From: Candidatus Eiseniibacteriota bacterium
GTDB lineage: Bacteria > Eisenbacteria > RBG-16-71-46 > JABDJR01
Reading direction: 5' to 3'
Length of the DNA: 64,000 nucleotides
NCBI GenBank assembly: GCA_963783375.1
Contig: CAWANH010000029.1
Span: forward strand, 608,001 to 672,000
Shown here: one piece after another, positions 30,523 to 40,589 of the stretch
Layout: every line of letters starts with the position of its first letter
Position numbering within the stretch: position 1 is the stretch's first letter
Notes under the pieces: model-generated
What the model saw: only the letters and a program-made list of their open reading frames with translations
The model's database searches: none
Told to the model about the DNA's origin: nothing
Made by a program: the position numbers and the translations under genes

Positions 30523-31758
30523 ATGGTGAGCGATCGCGCCATGAAGACGGCGCCCTACCTGGCCAAAGACCCCGAGGGACACCAGGCGGTGAACGTGCTG
30601 GTGAAGCTCGCCTACGTCCTCGAACCCGGGGGCGGGCTGGTCCCGGCCCCGGACCCGGTGGACTTCGCCGCCGAGGACGTCCTCGAGGCCAAGGGGGACG
30701 AGCCGGGGACGTTCCCCACCGAGGAGTGCGAGATCATTCCGTTCAAGCTCCGGACCGACGTGGTGGTGACGGGAACCATCCGCACCCCTGATGCCTACCC
30801 CCGGCGCGACATGCTGGCCGGGGTCCGGATCGGCCCCTACGGGAAGGCCATCCAGGTGTTCGGTGACCGCCGGATCGAGGCCGGGAAGGACGGCGCCCTC
30901 ATCTTCACCCCCCCCGAGCCCTTCACCGAGATGCCCCTCGCCTACACCCGGGCCTACGGCGGCGTGGATCCCTCGGTCCCCCGGGTCAACGACGACCCCC
31001 GCACCGCCGAGGAGTGGCTGGAGTACCTGACCCTGGAGCGCCATCCCGGGGTGTACCCGCGAAACCCGGTGGGCTCGGCCTACGTGGTGAACCCCCACCC
31101 GTGGCTCCTCTTCGGCCGCCCCCTCCCCAACTTCGAGGACCCCGACGACCTGCTCACCCCGGAGCGGATCGTGGTCACCGACCCCCGGCTCTGGTGGCGG
31201 CAGCCGATCCCCGCCGGGCTGGGATGGTTCGGGCGAAGCTGGTATCCCCGTTCGGTCCTGGGGGGGCTCGCGCCGCCGCTTCCCGCCGCGGAACCGGCGA
31301 AGCTCCGGGAGGTGGAGCTGGGCATCGTGCCCGCGGACCACGCCGACCGGATCGCCGACCCGGACCTCGACCGGCGGATGCGGCGGGAGTTCTTCAACGG
31401 GGCGTCGCCCGGCCTGGCCGTACCGCTCCTGCGCGGGGACGAGCCGGTGTCCCTGGTGGGACTCGACGTGGCCGGCGAACGGCGGTTCCGCCTCCCCGGA
31501 GAGGTTCCGAGGGTGAGCATGGCCTTCCGGGGCGAGGCCATGGAGGTGCGAGTCCACCTCCACACCGTCTGGATCCGGAAGGACGAGGATCTGGTGACCC
31601 TGGTCTGGAGCGCCCTCGCCCGCCCCCCCCGGATGCTACCGGTCACCCTCCCCACCCGGGAAGCCCCCGAGGTGGACGAGCTGGAGGGCATGGAGATCCG
31701 GGTGGAGGGACGCGAGGTTCCCCACGAGCCGGTGAACCTCGGCAAATCGCCGCTCTGA
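30523..31758 (+). CDS. DUF2169 T6SS accessory chaperone 2
   Basis: PFKLRTDVVVTG, VFGDR, MPLAYTRAYGG, NPVG, LPNFEDP, FFNGA. Confidence 0.82.
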   Translation: MVSDRAMKTAPYLAKDPEGHQAVNVLVKLAYVLEPGGGLVPAPDPVDFAAEDVLEAKGDEPGTFPTEECEIIPFKLRTDVVVTGTIRTPDAYPRRDMLAGVRIGPYGKAIQVFGDRRIEAGKDGALIFTPPEPFTEMPLAYTRAYGGVDPSVPRVNDDPRTAEEWLEYLTLERHPGVYPRNPVGSAYVVNPHPWLLFGRPLPNFEDPDDLLTPERIVVTDPRLWWRQPIPAGLGWFGRSWYPRSVLGGLAPPLPAAEPAKLREVELGIVPADHADRIADPDLDRRMRREFFNGASPGLAVPLLRGDEPVSLVGLDVAGERRFRLPGEVPRVSMAFRGEAMEVRVHLHTVWIRKDEDLVTLVWSALARPPRMLPVTLPTREAPEVDELEGMEIRVEGREVPHEPVNLGKSPL

Positions 31759-31788
31759 CCGCGCCGGGGCCTGGGATCCCCGGCGGCT

Positions 31789-33900
31789 TCAGTTCGCCTT
31801 GACCGGGGTGCCGCTCAGGGTGAGGGGGCCGGTGGCGGTCACCGTGGTCGGCTTCCCGGCCACGCTGCAGGGACCGGTGGCGCTCACCTGGACCGTGGCT
31901 CCCCCCACCTTGCACAGGGCGTCGGCGGCGACCTCCACCGACGCCCCGCCCAGCTTGGCCTCGCCGGTGGCCTGGACGGTGATCTTGGGCGCCTTGATCT
32001 CGATCCCTCCCGGGGTCATGGTGATGGTGCTTCCCCCCACCTTGAGCTCGATCTTCCCGGAGTCCAGGGTGATGGTGTTGGCGGTGGCCTTGATCTCGAT
32101 CTTTCCCGGGTCCACCGTCGTCCAGTTGTCCTTCACCCGGTGCTCGCTCTTCTCGGTGTCCTCCTGGTAGGAGGTCTTGGACAACCGGTAGTACTGCTTG
32201 TCGACGATCACCACGCGGTTGTCGCCGTCCACGAACAGCTCGGCCGGTCCCTCGGACACCTTGATCGTCTGCTTGTTCTTCACGGTGATGGTCTGGTCGT
32301 GGCCGACGTTCCGGTTCTCGTCGTTTCCGATGCTCTGGGACTCGTCGTGCTCCACCCGGGCCACCCAGTCCTTCTGGGCGTGCAGGAACACCTCCTCGTT
32401 CCCGGACGCATCCTCGAACCGGAGCTCGTTGAACCCGTTGCTTCCCGGGGAGGAGGCGGAGCGGATGGTGCTCTTGGTCTTCTCGTCGGGAAGCGGATAG
32501 GGGGGCGGGTTGTCCCCGTTGTAGACGCAGCCGGTGACCAGGGGGCGGTCCGGGTCGCCCTCGAGGAAGCTCACCACCACCTCCATGCCGACCCGGGGAA
32601 TGAACATGGAACCCCAGCCCGGGCCGGCCCAGGTCTGCCCCACCCGGACCCAGCAGGAGCTCCGCTCGTCGTCCTGACCCTCCCGGTCCCAGTGGAACTG
32701 GACCTTGATCCGGCCGAAGTTGTCCGGGTAGATCTCCTCCCCGGCCGGGCCCACCACCTTCGCGGTCTGAGGCCCCTCCAGGCGGGGCGGCGGGGTGATC
32801 CGGCGGGGGCTCAGCGAATCGTCGGCGGGGATGCAGTCGAAGGTGTTGGAATAGACCGGCTCCCCTTCGGCCTGCCCCGACTCCTCGGCCAGGACCTGGG
32901 GCTGGCTCCCCCAGTGGTTCACCCGGAGGAGCAGGTACTCCCGGTTGAAATCCATCCGGGGATGATCCTCCAGGGTGAAGCGGAAGCCGGGAAGGAACCG
33001 GCGGCAGTTGCTCTGGCCCTGGCCGCGATCGCGCTCGGTGCGGTGCTCGGACAGGCGGACCGTCGCCCGCTCCTTGGCCGCCGACACCTCCACGAAGCGC
33101 CCGGGATAGTCGTAGTCCTCGTAGCTCCCCTCGTCCCCGGGGTCGGACAGCTCGCCGGTGGCCGAGAGATCCAGGGTGGGTTTCTTGAAGTCGTAGTCCC
33201 GCACCATGGTCTTTCCGGTCCGGACCTCGCGCCGGACCCGCAGGCGGGAGATCTCCTTCCCCGGGACGGTTCCGAACTCGGTTTCCCGGTACACCAGGGC
33301 GGGATCGCCGGCCAGATCGGGGTGGCACTCCGGGGCGTCGCCGGTCACCAGCACGTGGGAATTCTCGGTGTGGCGGAAGAAGTAGTGGATGCCCTCTTCC
33401 TCCAGGAGCCGGCTCAGGAAGTCGAAGTCGCTCTCCCGGTACTGCACGCAGTACTCCCGGGTGGCGTAGGTCCCGTTGAGCTGGGGATCGTAGAGGTCCG
33501 AAGGGATCCCGGCCTGGGTCAGCACCTCCTCCACGATTTCCGGAACGCTCATGTCCTGGAAGATGCGGCTCTGCCGGCGGAGGCGGAGCAGCCACAGTCT
33601 CGGCACCAGACGAGCCCGGTAGTAGGTGTACATCCGCCCCCGGCCGAGCTGCTCGAAGCGCGCGATCATCCCGTGCACCAACCGCTCCCCGAACTGGCTC
33701 TGGAGGGAGAGCAGCGCGTCCTTCCCCACCACATCGTCGAAGTCCATCCCCGGGTCGCGGGAAGCGAGATCCATCTCGAACCGATAGAGGTTCGAGACCC
33801 CCTCGTGGCCGCTGAACCGGGTGATCAGGAACTCGTCGGCGGGGAGGCCGTCCACCTCGAGGGAGAAATCGGCCTGCCGAGTGGACCGGATGATCGCCAT
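31789..33900 (-). CDS. tssI: T6SS spike protein VgrG (no evolved effector domain)
   Basis: YCVQYRESDFDF.SRLLEEEGI, GRIKVQFHWDR, PRVGMEVVV.FLEGDPDRP, LHAQKD. Confidence 0.97.
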   Translation of the reverse strand: MAIIRSTRQADFSLEVDGLPADEFLITRFSGHEGVSNLYRFEMDLASRDPGMDFDDVVGKDALLSLQSQFGERLVHGMIARFEQLGRGRMYTYYRARLVPRLWLLRLRRQSRIFQDMSVPEIVEEVLTQAGIPSDLYDPQLNGTYATREYCVQYRESDFDFLSRLLEEEGIHYFFRHTENSHVLVTGDAPECHPDLAGDPALVYRETEFGTVPGKEISRLRVRREVRTGKTMVRDYDFKKPTLDLSATGELSDPGDEGSYEDYDYPGRFVEVSAAKERATVRLSEHRTERDRGQGQSNCRRFLPGFRFTLEDHPRMDFNREYLLLRVNHWGSQPQVLAEESGQAEGEPVYSNTFDCIPADDSLSPRRITPPPRLEGPQTAKVVGPAGEEIYPDNFGRIKVQFHWDREGQDDERSSCWVRVGQTWAGPGWGSMFIPRVGMEVVVSFLEGDPDRPLVTGCVYNGDNPPPYPLPDEKTKSTIRSASSPGSNGFNELRFEDASGNEEVFLHAQKDWVARVEHDESQSIGNDENRNVGHDQTITVKNKQTIKVSEGPAELFVDGDNRVVIVDKQYYRLSKTSYQEDTEKSEHRVKDNWTTVDPGKIEIKATANTITLDSGKIELKVGGSTITMTPGGIEIKAPKITVQATGEAKLGGASVEVAADALCKVGGATVQVSATGPCSVAGKPTTVTATGPLTLSGTPVKAN

Positions 33901-33902
33901 GA

Positions 33903-36614
33903 CTACGCCTCCTTCGTCGCCGTTCCCCCGAACTCCAGGGCAAAGCCTTCGTCGTCACCCACCGTGACCCGCACCCGGTCGGGAAGCGGACCTTCCGACA
34001 TCCGTTCCAGGAGCGCGGTGGAGAGCATGGGGAGCAGGGTCTGCTGGATGATGTGATCGATGTTCCGGGCCCCGGTTTCCACCTCGGTGCACCGGGCGGC
34101 GATCACATCCTCCACCCGTGGATCGGTCTCCAGGAGCATGCGGTGGCTGTCCCAGAGCCGGTTCACCACCTTGCCCATCTTGAGCCGGATGATCTCCTTC
34201 AGGAAGTCGCCGGCCAGGGGGTAGAAGGGTACGATCTCCATCCGGGCCAACAGCGCCGGTTTGAAGTGCTGGGAGAGGACGGGCCGGATGGCCCCGGTCA
34301 CCTCCTCCAGGGTGGGAGGCACCGGGCCCCCGCACATCTGCATGATCACGTCCGAGGCCAGGTTGCTGGTCAGGAAGACCACGGTGTTCTTGAAGTCGAT
34401 GACCCGGCCTTCCCCGTCGGCCAGCATTCCCTTGTCGAAGACCTGGTAGAAGAGGTTCAGCACCTCGGGGTCGGCCTTCTCCACCTCGTCCAGGAGCACC
34501 ACCGAGTAGGGGCGCTGCCGGACCGCCTCGGTGAGCACCCCCCCCTCGCCGTAACCCACGTAGCCGGGAGGCGACCCGATGAGGCGGCTCACGGTGTGCT
34601 TCTCCTGGAACTCGGACATGTTGATGGTGGTGAGGAACCGCTCCCCGCCGAACATGAGGTCGGCCACCGAGAGCGCAGCCTCGGTCTTTCCCACCCCGCT
34701 CGGACCCACGAACAGGAACACCCCGATGGGGGTGCCGGGGTTCTTGAGTCCGGCATGGGACGCCCGGAGCCCCCGGTCCACCGCCTCGATGGCGTGGTCC
34801 TGCCCCTTGATCCGCTCCGCCATGCGGCGATGGAAGTCGAGAACGCTCGCGGCCTGGTCCCGCACCATCTTCCCGGCCGGGATTCCGGTCCAGTCGCTGA
34901 TCACCGCCGCGATGAGCGCGGCGTCGACCTCGACCGGAATGAGGGGGTTCTTGCCCTGGAGCTTACCGAGCCCGGCCAGGGCCTCGTCCAGCTCCCGCCG
35001 GGTCACCTTGGCCGGGGCGGGCGCGGCTTCGCCCTCTCCGGGCTTTCCCGCCGCCGGCTTGGCGCTCGCGTCCTTGCCGTCCCCGGTCTTGGCCGGAACG
35101 TCCTTGCCGAGATAGATCCGGCGGAGGTCGAGGAGCCGGTTCACCGCCTCCCGCTCCTTCTCCCAACGCGCGGTGAGCTCGGTGCGGCTGGTGTCGAGCG
35201 CGGCCAGCTCCTTCTCCAGCGCCCCGGCCCGGTCCTTCTTCGGGTCCCGTCCCAGCTCCTCGTCCTCGGCCAGCGCCTTCCGCTCCCGATCCAGGGTCTG
35301 GATCCGACGCTCCACCGCGTCCAGGGCCTCGGGCTTCGTGGCCTGGGCGATCTTCACCCGCGCCGCCGCGGTGTCGAGGAGGTCCACCGCCTTGTCCGGG
35401 AGCTGGCGCCCCGAGATGTAGCGGCTGGAAAGGCGGGCCGCCGCCTCCACCCCCTCATCGGTGATCCGGACTCCGTGGGCCTCCTCGTACTTCGAGCGAA
35501 GGCCCCGCATGATGAGGATGGCGTCCTCTTCCGTCGGCTCATCCAGCTTCACCAACTGGAAACGGCGGGCCAGGGCGGGGTCCTTCTCGAAGTACTTCTT
35601 GTACTCGGACCAGGTGGTGGCGGCGATGGTGCGGAGCTCGCCCCGGGCCAGGGCGGGCTTCAGGAGGTTGGCGGCGTCGCCTCCGCCCGCCGAGCCGCCG
35701 GCCCCGATCAGGGTGTGGGCCTCGTCGATGAAGGTCACCACCGGGGTCGGCGATCCCTTGACCTCGCTGATCACCGCCTTCAACCGGTTCTCGAACTCCC
35801 CCTTCACCCCCGCGCCGGCCTGGAGGAGCCCCAGGTCCAGGGTCAGGAGCCGCACGTTCTTGAGGAGGTCGGGCACGTCCCCCTCGACGATGCGGAGCGC
35901 CAGCCCCTCCACCACCGCCGTCTTCCCCACCCCCGGCTCCCCCACCACGATGGGGTTGTTCTTCCGGCGCCGGGCCAGGATGTCGATCATCTGCCGGATC
36001 TCCCGGTCGCGTCCGAACACCGGGTCGATCTCCCCCTTCCGCGCCCGCTCGGTGAAGTCGATCATGAACCGCCCGATGGCCGTTTCGTCGGCGGGACGGC
36101 TCGGACCCTGGGTCCGGGGCTCACCCTCGCCCGGGGCCTCGTGTTCGCTGCTCGAGGCGGTGATGCGGTAGAGATCGCGCTTGAGCTCGTCCTTCCGGAT
36201 CGGATCCAGGTAGCCGGAGAGATCCTCGTCGGTGAAGCGGTCGGGCTTCTGCACCAGGACCAGGAAGAGACCGCCGGAGCGGACCCGGTCCTCGCCGTAG
36301 TCCACCGAGGTCGCGAGCCAGGCGTCCTGGATCCAGCCCAGGAGGAGGGGCGAGAAGACCGGGCGGCCGGTGTTCCCCGCCCGCACCCGATCCAGGACGT
36401 GCTGCACCGTCTTCAGGAGCCCCGCGGGGTTGATCTCGAAGTGGCGGAGGATCGCCTGGACGTCCCCGGAGGGATCCTCCAGGAATTGCATGAGCAGGTG
36501 CTCCGCCGTGACCTCGTAGTGGCCGCGGGAGACGCAGTTTCCCGCCGCGGCCTCCAGGGCCCGCCGGGTGGGACCGTTCAGCTTGTTGATAAGGCCTTTG
36601 ATGTCCACGTCCAT
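33903..36614 (-). CDS. tssH: T6SS AAA+ ATPase ClpV
   Basis: GEPGVGKT and GPSGVGKT Walker A motifs, EYKKYFEKDPAL, TGARNIDH. Confidence 0.97.
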   Translation of the reverse strand: MDVDIKGLINKLNGPTRRALEAAAGNCVSRGHYEVTAEHLLMQFLEDPSGDVQAILRHFEINPAGLLKTVQHVLDRVRAGNTGRPVFSPLLLGWIQDAWLATSVDYGEDRVRSGGLFLVLVQKPDRFTDEDLSGYLDPIRKDELKRDLYRITASSSEHEAPGEGEPRTQGPSRPADETAIGRFMIDFTERARKGEIDPVFGRDREIRQMIDILARRRKNNPIVVGEPGVGKTAVVEGLALRIVEGDVPDLLKNVRLLTLDLGLLQAGAGVKGEFENRLKAVISEVKGSPTPVVTFIDEAHTLIGAGGSAGGGDAANLLKPALARGELRTIAATTWSEYKKYFEKDPALARRFQLVKLDEPTEEDAILIMRGLRSKYEEAHGVRITDEGVEAAARLSSRYISGRQLPDKAVDLLDTAAARVKIAQATKPEALDAVERRIQTLDRERKALAEDEELGRDPKKDRAGALEKELAALDTSRTELTARWEKEREAVNRLLDLRRIYLGKDVPAKTGDGKDASAKPAAGKPGEGEAAPAPAKVTRRELDEALAGLGKLQGKNPLIPVEVDAALIAAVISDWTGIPAGKMVRDQAASVLDFHRRMAERIKGQDHAIEAVDRGLRASHAGLKNPGTPIGVFLFVGPSGVGKTEAALSVADLMFGGERFLTTINMSEFQEKHTVSRLIGSPPGYVGYGEGGVLTEAVRQRPYSVVLLDEVEKADPEVLNLFYQVFDKGMLADGEGRVIDFKNTVVFLTSNLASDVIMQMCGGPVPPTLEEVTGAIRPVLSQHFKPALLARMEIVPFYPLAGDFLKEIIRLKMGKVVNRLWDSHRMLLETDPRVEDVIAARCTEVETGARNIDHIIQQTLLPMLSTALLERMSEGPLPDRVRVTVGDDEGFALEFGGTATKEA

Positions 36615-36679
36615 GGGAACTTCTCCTTCAGGAAGCCGCCCCGGGTCCGGCCGCGGCCGGACCGGGAGCGGAGACTGCG

Positions 36680-37743
36680 TCAGCGCGCCGGGAGTGGGCC
36701 CGCCGTCCCGGCCACCGGGTCGGCGCTCCGCGTGGAGAGGACCACCAGGCCCTCCTCGTCCCCCCGAGGCACGATCCAACTCATTTCTCCCAGCGGTCGG
36801 CTCTCATCCCCCCCCAGTCGGAGGGGGGAACGGCCTCCGGCTTGACCCGGAGCGCCACGTCGAAATCAAGGGGGTCGCTCACGAAGTAACGGGCCAGGCG
36901 CACCAGGCGCCGGAACTCCTCACCGCCGGGAAGAAAGCGCGAGGCCTCGTCGGCCTCCAGCGGCCCCAGGACGACCCGAAACGAACCGGTGCGGTCCTGG
37001 ATTCTCTCCCCCAGGCAGGCGGAGTCCCCCAGGAGCGCGCTCGCCGACCCCAGGCGGAGGATCTGCTCGGCAGGGATGGGCACCGTCCGCTCGCGAAAGG
37101 ACTCCACCTCCACCGGCACCCCTTCGAACTGGTCTCCCAGGAAGCCTTGGAGAGAGGAGGCGGAACGGGCATGCCCGCCCAGCAGTCCGGCCCCGCGAAG
37201 CAACAGGGGGAACGGGATCCCCAGGGCTTCCTTCATCCCCGCCGTCCCCAGGCCGACCAGGCAAAGCATGCGGTCGGTGAAAGGATCGTCCCCCCCGACG
37301 CCGTATTGCACCGGATAGCGGTACTTCACCCAGCTCCGGTACACGAAGGAGATCAGCCGGTGGTTGAAGAGATCGAGGAAATCCCTCAGGCCCTGCGCGT
37401 CGATCCCGTCCCACAGAAGGTCCTCGGTGAAGTGGTTGGGCATGGGCGAGGAAGGCCCGTAGAGCCCGAAGAAGTTCACCGTCACCTGGTAGCGGACCGG
37501 GATCTCCGCCGAAGCGTCCTCGCTCCGCTCCACCGAAGCCACGTCGGCGTCGGGGAAACCCAGGCTCAGGGCGGGCCGAAACCGCACGGTCTCCCGCCCG
37601 GGAGGGCCTCCTTCACCGGGAACCACCGCCCCTTCCCGGCGATCCAGGAGCAGGCGAACCAGCTGGGGGAACGAGAAGCGGTAGGGCTCCTCGAAGATCA
37701 GCCGGTTCAGATCAGCGTTTTCTGTCCGATCTTCGACGGCCAC
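36680..37743 (-). CDS. tssG: T6SS baseplate TssG (1-nt deletion in a G/C run near 36825 gives a premature stop at 36781)
   Basis: FSFPQLVRLL, FFGLYGPSSPMP, DFLDLFNHR; the shifted frame restores PPLRLGG..LG.MSW. Confidence 0.9.
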
Positions 37744-39467
37744 GTGGTCTCCTCGCCGCGTTGAATCCCCCGCGTGCGGAGTCGGGTGAAGGAATTGATC
37801 GAGGCATGGAGGCTCAGGAACTCGTTCACCAGGGTGGCGAACAGGAACAGGTCGCCGTCCCCGGCGTAGTGGTCCTCCAGGAGGTCCAGTTCCACCTCCC
37901 ATCCGCGAATCGGCGCCCCCCGGACCAGGACCTGGGCGGGCCGGCTTCGCACCCGCTCGATGCCGCGGATACGCATGGCGTTGGCCCGCGCCGCCCGCGG
38001 GTCGCGCAGGGCCTGGAAGTTGTAGAGATCGAGGATTCCCCGGAGGGCCTCCACGCTGGTCAGGGAGACGTAGTTCAGGGACAGGTGCGAGATCAGCCGC
38101 CAGTGGAGGTCTCCCTCCAGGGGAGGGGGCACCGACGGGGTGGGAATGGTGAGGTTCTTGAACCGCACGAACTCCGGGGAGGAGTCGGTGGGCACGCTCA
38201 CGTCCCCCACCCGGAGGGCCTCGGGCAGACGGCGGTTGGTGACGGTCAGATCCACCGCGATGGTCTCCACCGGCGGGATGGCGCTGGCGCCCTGGACGTC
38301 CATGAAGGACAGGTAGTGCTCGGACCGGTCGTCCACCACCGACTCGCGGATGCGGTCGTGGTAGAAGGTGGACTCCCCCGTCTCCCGACCGTGGCGGAAG
38401 GCGTAGAAGGGGGGGATGACCCGCTCCCGGGCGGTCCCGGGGAGCACCCCGGTCACCCGATCCACGGTGAAGACCTCGTAGTGGAGCGCGTCGGAGCCCG
38501 AGGGGCGCAACCGGTACTCCGCCTGGGTCCGGTCGATCCGGAAGGGGTCGGCCTGGTGTTCGAACAGGTTGGCGATCGGGGTGCAGTAGAGGCGGATCTG
38601 ATCCTTGGTGGGACGGAGGCTCACCGGCAGGGTCCGATCGAAGCGAATCTCCACCTGGAACCGGTCCTCCACCGGGAGGGCGGCGAGCTTGTCCAGGCCC
38701 ACCAGGTCCAGGAAGAGGAACTTCTCCGGAAGGGAGAAATACTCCTGGAGCAGCCGGTAGCCGGGAAAGGCCCGGGGCGGATATGGAAGCAGCGCCTCGG
38801 AGTCGTCGAACCCCGCCGCCTCCAGGGTCACCGGGACGCGCCCCCCGGGGGCCGCTTCGCCGCCGGGCGCCGCCGCGGGCCCGGCCACCGCCTCCCGCAC
38901 CTGTCTGCACAGGGCGTGATAGAGCGTGAAGCTCACCGCGGGATCGCCGTGGAGGTAGAGGCGTATTCGCCGGAGGTCCAGGGAATCCAGCCGGGCCTGG
39001 TTCCAGACCCGAAACTCGAGAAACAGTCGCGAGGGTCCCGCGGTCCGGTCCTCCAGGGTCACCTTGTCCAGGGAGATCGGGTTCAGGAGCACCTCGGTCG
39101 AGGTGCGAAAGCGGCACGGGGTTCCCTCCACCGGCACCGACTGGACCTCCACCCCGCGGGGAACCCGCTGGGACTGGCGGAGCGCGGCCAGAACCGGGGA
39201 GAACTCGAGCACCGACATGGCGGGCACCGGCCGGAGGTAGTGCGGCCAGAGCATTCCCAGGAGGGAATGGGTGATCTCGGGAAGCTCGTCGTCCAGCTTC
39301 TGGCGGATCCGGCCGGAGAGGAAGGCGAATCCCTCGAGAAGCCGCTCCACGTCGGGATCGCTTCCCACCTGGCCCAGGAAGTGGGCGGCGGCGGGATGGG
39401 CCCGGGAGAACTCCTCGCCGAGCTGCCGCAGGAACAGAAGCTCGTCCTGATAGTACTTGTTGAACAT
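37707..39467 (-). CDS. tssF: T6SS baseplate TssF
   Basis: YYQDELLFLR, DPDVERLLEGFAFL, LYCTPIANLF, WRLISHLSLNY. Confidence 0.97.
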   Translation of the reverse strand: MFNKYYQDELLFLRQLGEEFSRAHPAAAHFLGQVGSDPDVERLLEGFAFLSGRIRQKLDDELPEITHSLLGMLWPHYLRPVPAMSVLEFSPVLAALRQSQRVPRGVEVQSVPVEGTPCRFRTSTEVLLNPISLDKVTLEDRTAGPSRLFLEFRVWNQARLDSLDLRRIRLYLHGDPAVSFTLYHALCRQVREAVAGPAAAPGGEAAPGGRVPVTLEAAGFDDSEALLPYPPRAFPGYRLLQEYFSLPEKFLFLDLVGLDKLAALPVEDRFQVEIRFDRTLPVSLRPTKDQIRLYCTPIANLFEHQADPFRIDRTQAEYRLRPSGSDALHYEVFTVDRVTGVLPGTARERVIPPFYAFRHGRETGESTFYHDRIRESVVDDRSEHYLSFMDVQGASAIPPVETIAVDLTVTNRRLPEALRVGDVSVPTDSSPEFVRFKNLTIPTPSVPPPLEGDLHWRLISHLSLNYVSLTSVEALRGILDLYNFQALRDPRAARANAMRIRGIERVRSRPAQVLVRGAPIRGWEVELDLLEDHYAGDGDLFLFATLVNEFLSLHASINSFTRLRTRGIQRGEETTWPSKIGQKTLI

Positions 39468-39469
39468 CC

Positions 39470-39886
39470 CTATCCCTTGACGTCGACTTCGCCGGAGGCG
39501 TCGATCCGGGTCTCGAACCAGACCGACGCCCGCTCATCGGCGGTGGCCAGCTCGGCGGTGATCTCGAAGCGCAACGCCAGGGGGTCGTCGTCGGTCTCCA
39601 CGTACTTCACGTTGACCCGGCGGAGCCGCGGTTCGTAGGTTTCGATGGTCTCCTTGATCGCCCGCCGCATCCCCGTCACCCCCTCCGGGAAGCTGGCGGT
39701 CAGGTCCACCATGTCCGGAATGCCGTAACCGGGCTGGGCGGGGGCGATCCCACGACGGGAATTGAGGAGGTTCCGCAGGTTGGAAAGCACCGACTCCGCC
39801 AGGCGGCTGGTGTTCTCGTGGATGGTCCGGGAACCCTCGGCCCCCGGATCGCGCAGACGCTCGAACAGGCTTCGATCCCGCGGCAC
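39470..39886 (-). CDS. tssE: T6SS baseplate TssE (gp25-like)
   Basis: SLFERL, NLRNLLNSR, YGIPD, YEPRL. Confidence 0.93.
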   Translation of the reverse strand: MPRDRSLFERLRDPGAEGSRTIHENTSRLAESVLSNLRNLLNSRRGIAPAQPGYGIPDMVDLTASFPEGVTGMRRAIKETIETYEPRLRRVNVKYVETDDDPLALRFEITAELATADERASVWFETRIDASGEVDVKG

Positions 39887-39922
39887 GGACCCTCCCGGCG
39901 AGGTTCAGGGGACGGCAAGGAC

Positions 39923-39955
39923 GGCCGGGAGGGCGCGATCCGCGTCCTCCCGGCC
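39923..39955 (-). terminator. GC-rich hairpin between hcp and tssE (stabiliser or partial terminator)
   Basis: ggccgggagggcgcg-atc-cgcgtcctcccggcc inverted repeat; no U tract. Confidence 0.45.
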
Positions 39956-39981
39956 CTGCCCGATCGGTTCCCGACGGAGGC

Positions 39982-40473
39982 CTAGGCCTGTTCCCGCCAG
40001 CTATCCTGATGCATCGACCCGCTGGGCTCGAAGGTCCAGGAGATGGTCTCGAACATGACCGAGATCTCCTCCAGCGGAGGATGGGTGGAGGAGGCCGGAT
40101 CGATGCTGTCCGGGCTTACCGCGGTGAAGCTCGAAATCCGGCCGCCCTTGACCTCGATGGTGTAGAACTGCTCGGTGGTGCCGTCCCCGTCCGGGTTGGG
40201 CCGGTAGAACTTGAAGGTCCCCTCGATGACCTCGTTGTTGACCAGAGCCCTGTAGAGAAGCGGGGTGGCCTTGTCGATCCGCTTACGGAACACGATGGGT
40301 TCGTAGGACCGGCGGCCGGTTGACATGCCGCTCCCCGCCTCGCGTCCGGTGCGGACGGCGGACTGGAAGAACACGCACTCGATCGAGTCCTCGCGGTCCA
40401 TGGACGTGATCGAGCTGTCGCCCGGGACGTCGGCCCCGTTCGCCTTGAGCCACAAGTGGACATTCTGCGCCAT
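39982..40473 (-). CDS. hcp: T6SS tube protein Hcp
   Basis: KRIDKATPLLY.AL..NE, FYRPNP, E.IS..F..I.W. Confidence 0.95.
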   Translation of the reverse strand: MAQNVHLWLKANGADVPGDSSITSMDREDSIECVFFQSAVRTGREAGSGMSTGRRSYEPIVFRKRIDKATPLLYRALVNNEVIEGTFKFYRPNPDGDGTTEQFYTIEVKGGRISSFTAVSPDSIDPASSTHPPLEEISVMFETISWTFEPSGSMHQDSWREQA

Positions 40474-40589
40474 TACCCTTTGCCTCCTGGGTGACGGTGA
40501 ATCGCGAGAGGATCGGGCGGGTCACCTTGCCGCCGGATCTGCATCCTCTCCAGGATTGAATCTGCGTTCGGACAGAGCCGGACCAGGAC

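Noticed and set aside
24410-31758. Independent extracellular contractile injection system (eCIS/tailocin)
   Set aside because: No Afp1/5 tube, baseplate-J, Afp15 ATPase or tail-fibre genes recognised; the sheath proteins are TssB/TssC-derived
36821-36830. Programmed frameshift in tssG
   Set aside because: A single missing base in a G/C homopolymer of an essential baseplate gene is better explained by sequencing error
36781-39537. 918-aa ORF suggesting a giant TssG
   Set aside because: The first ~600 codons overlap tssF in another frame; TssG homology starts only at GTG 37743
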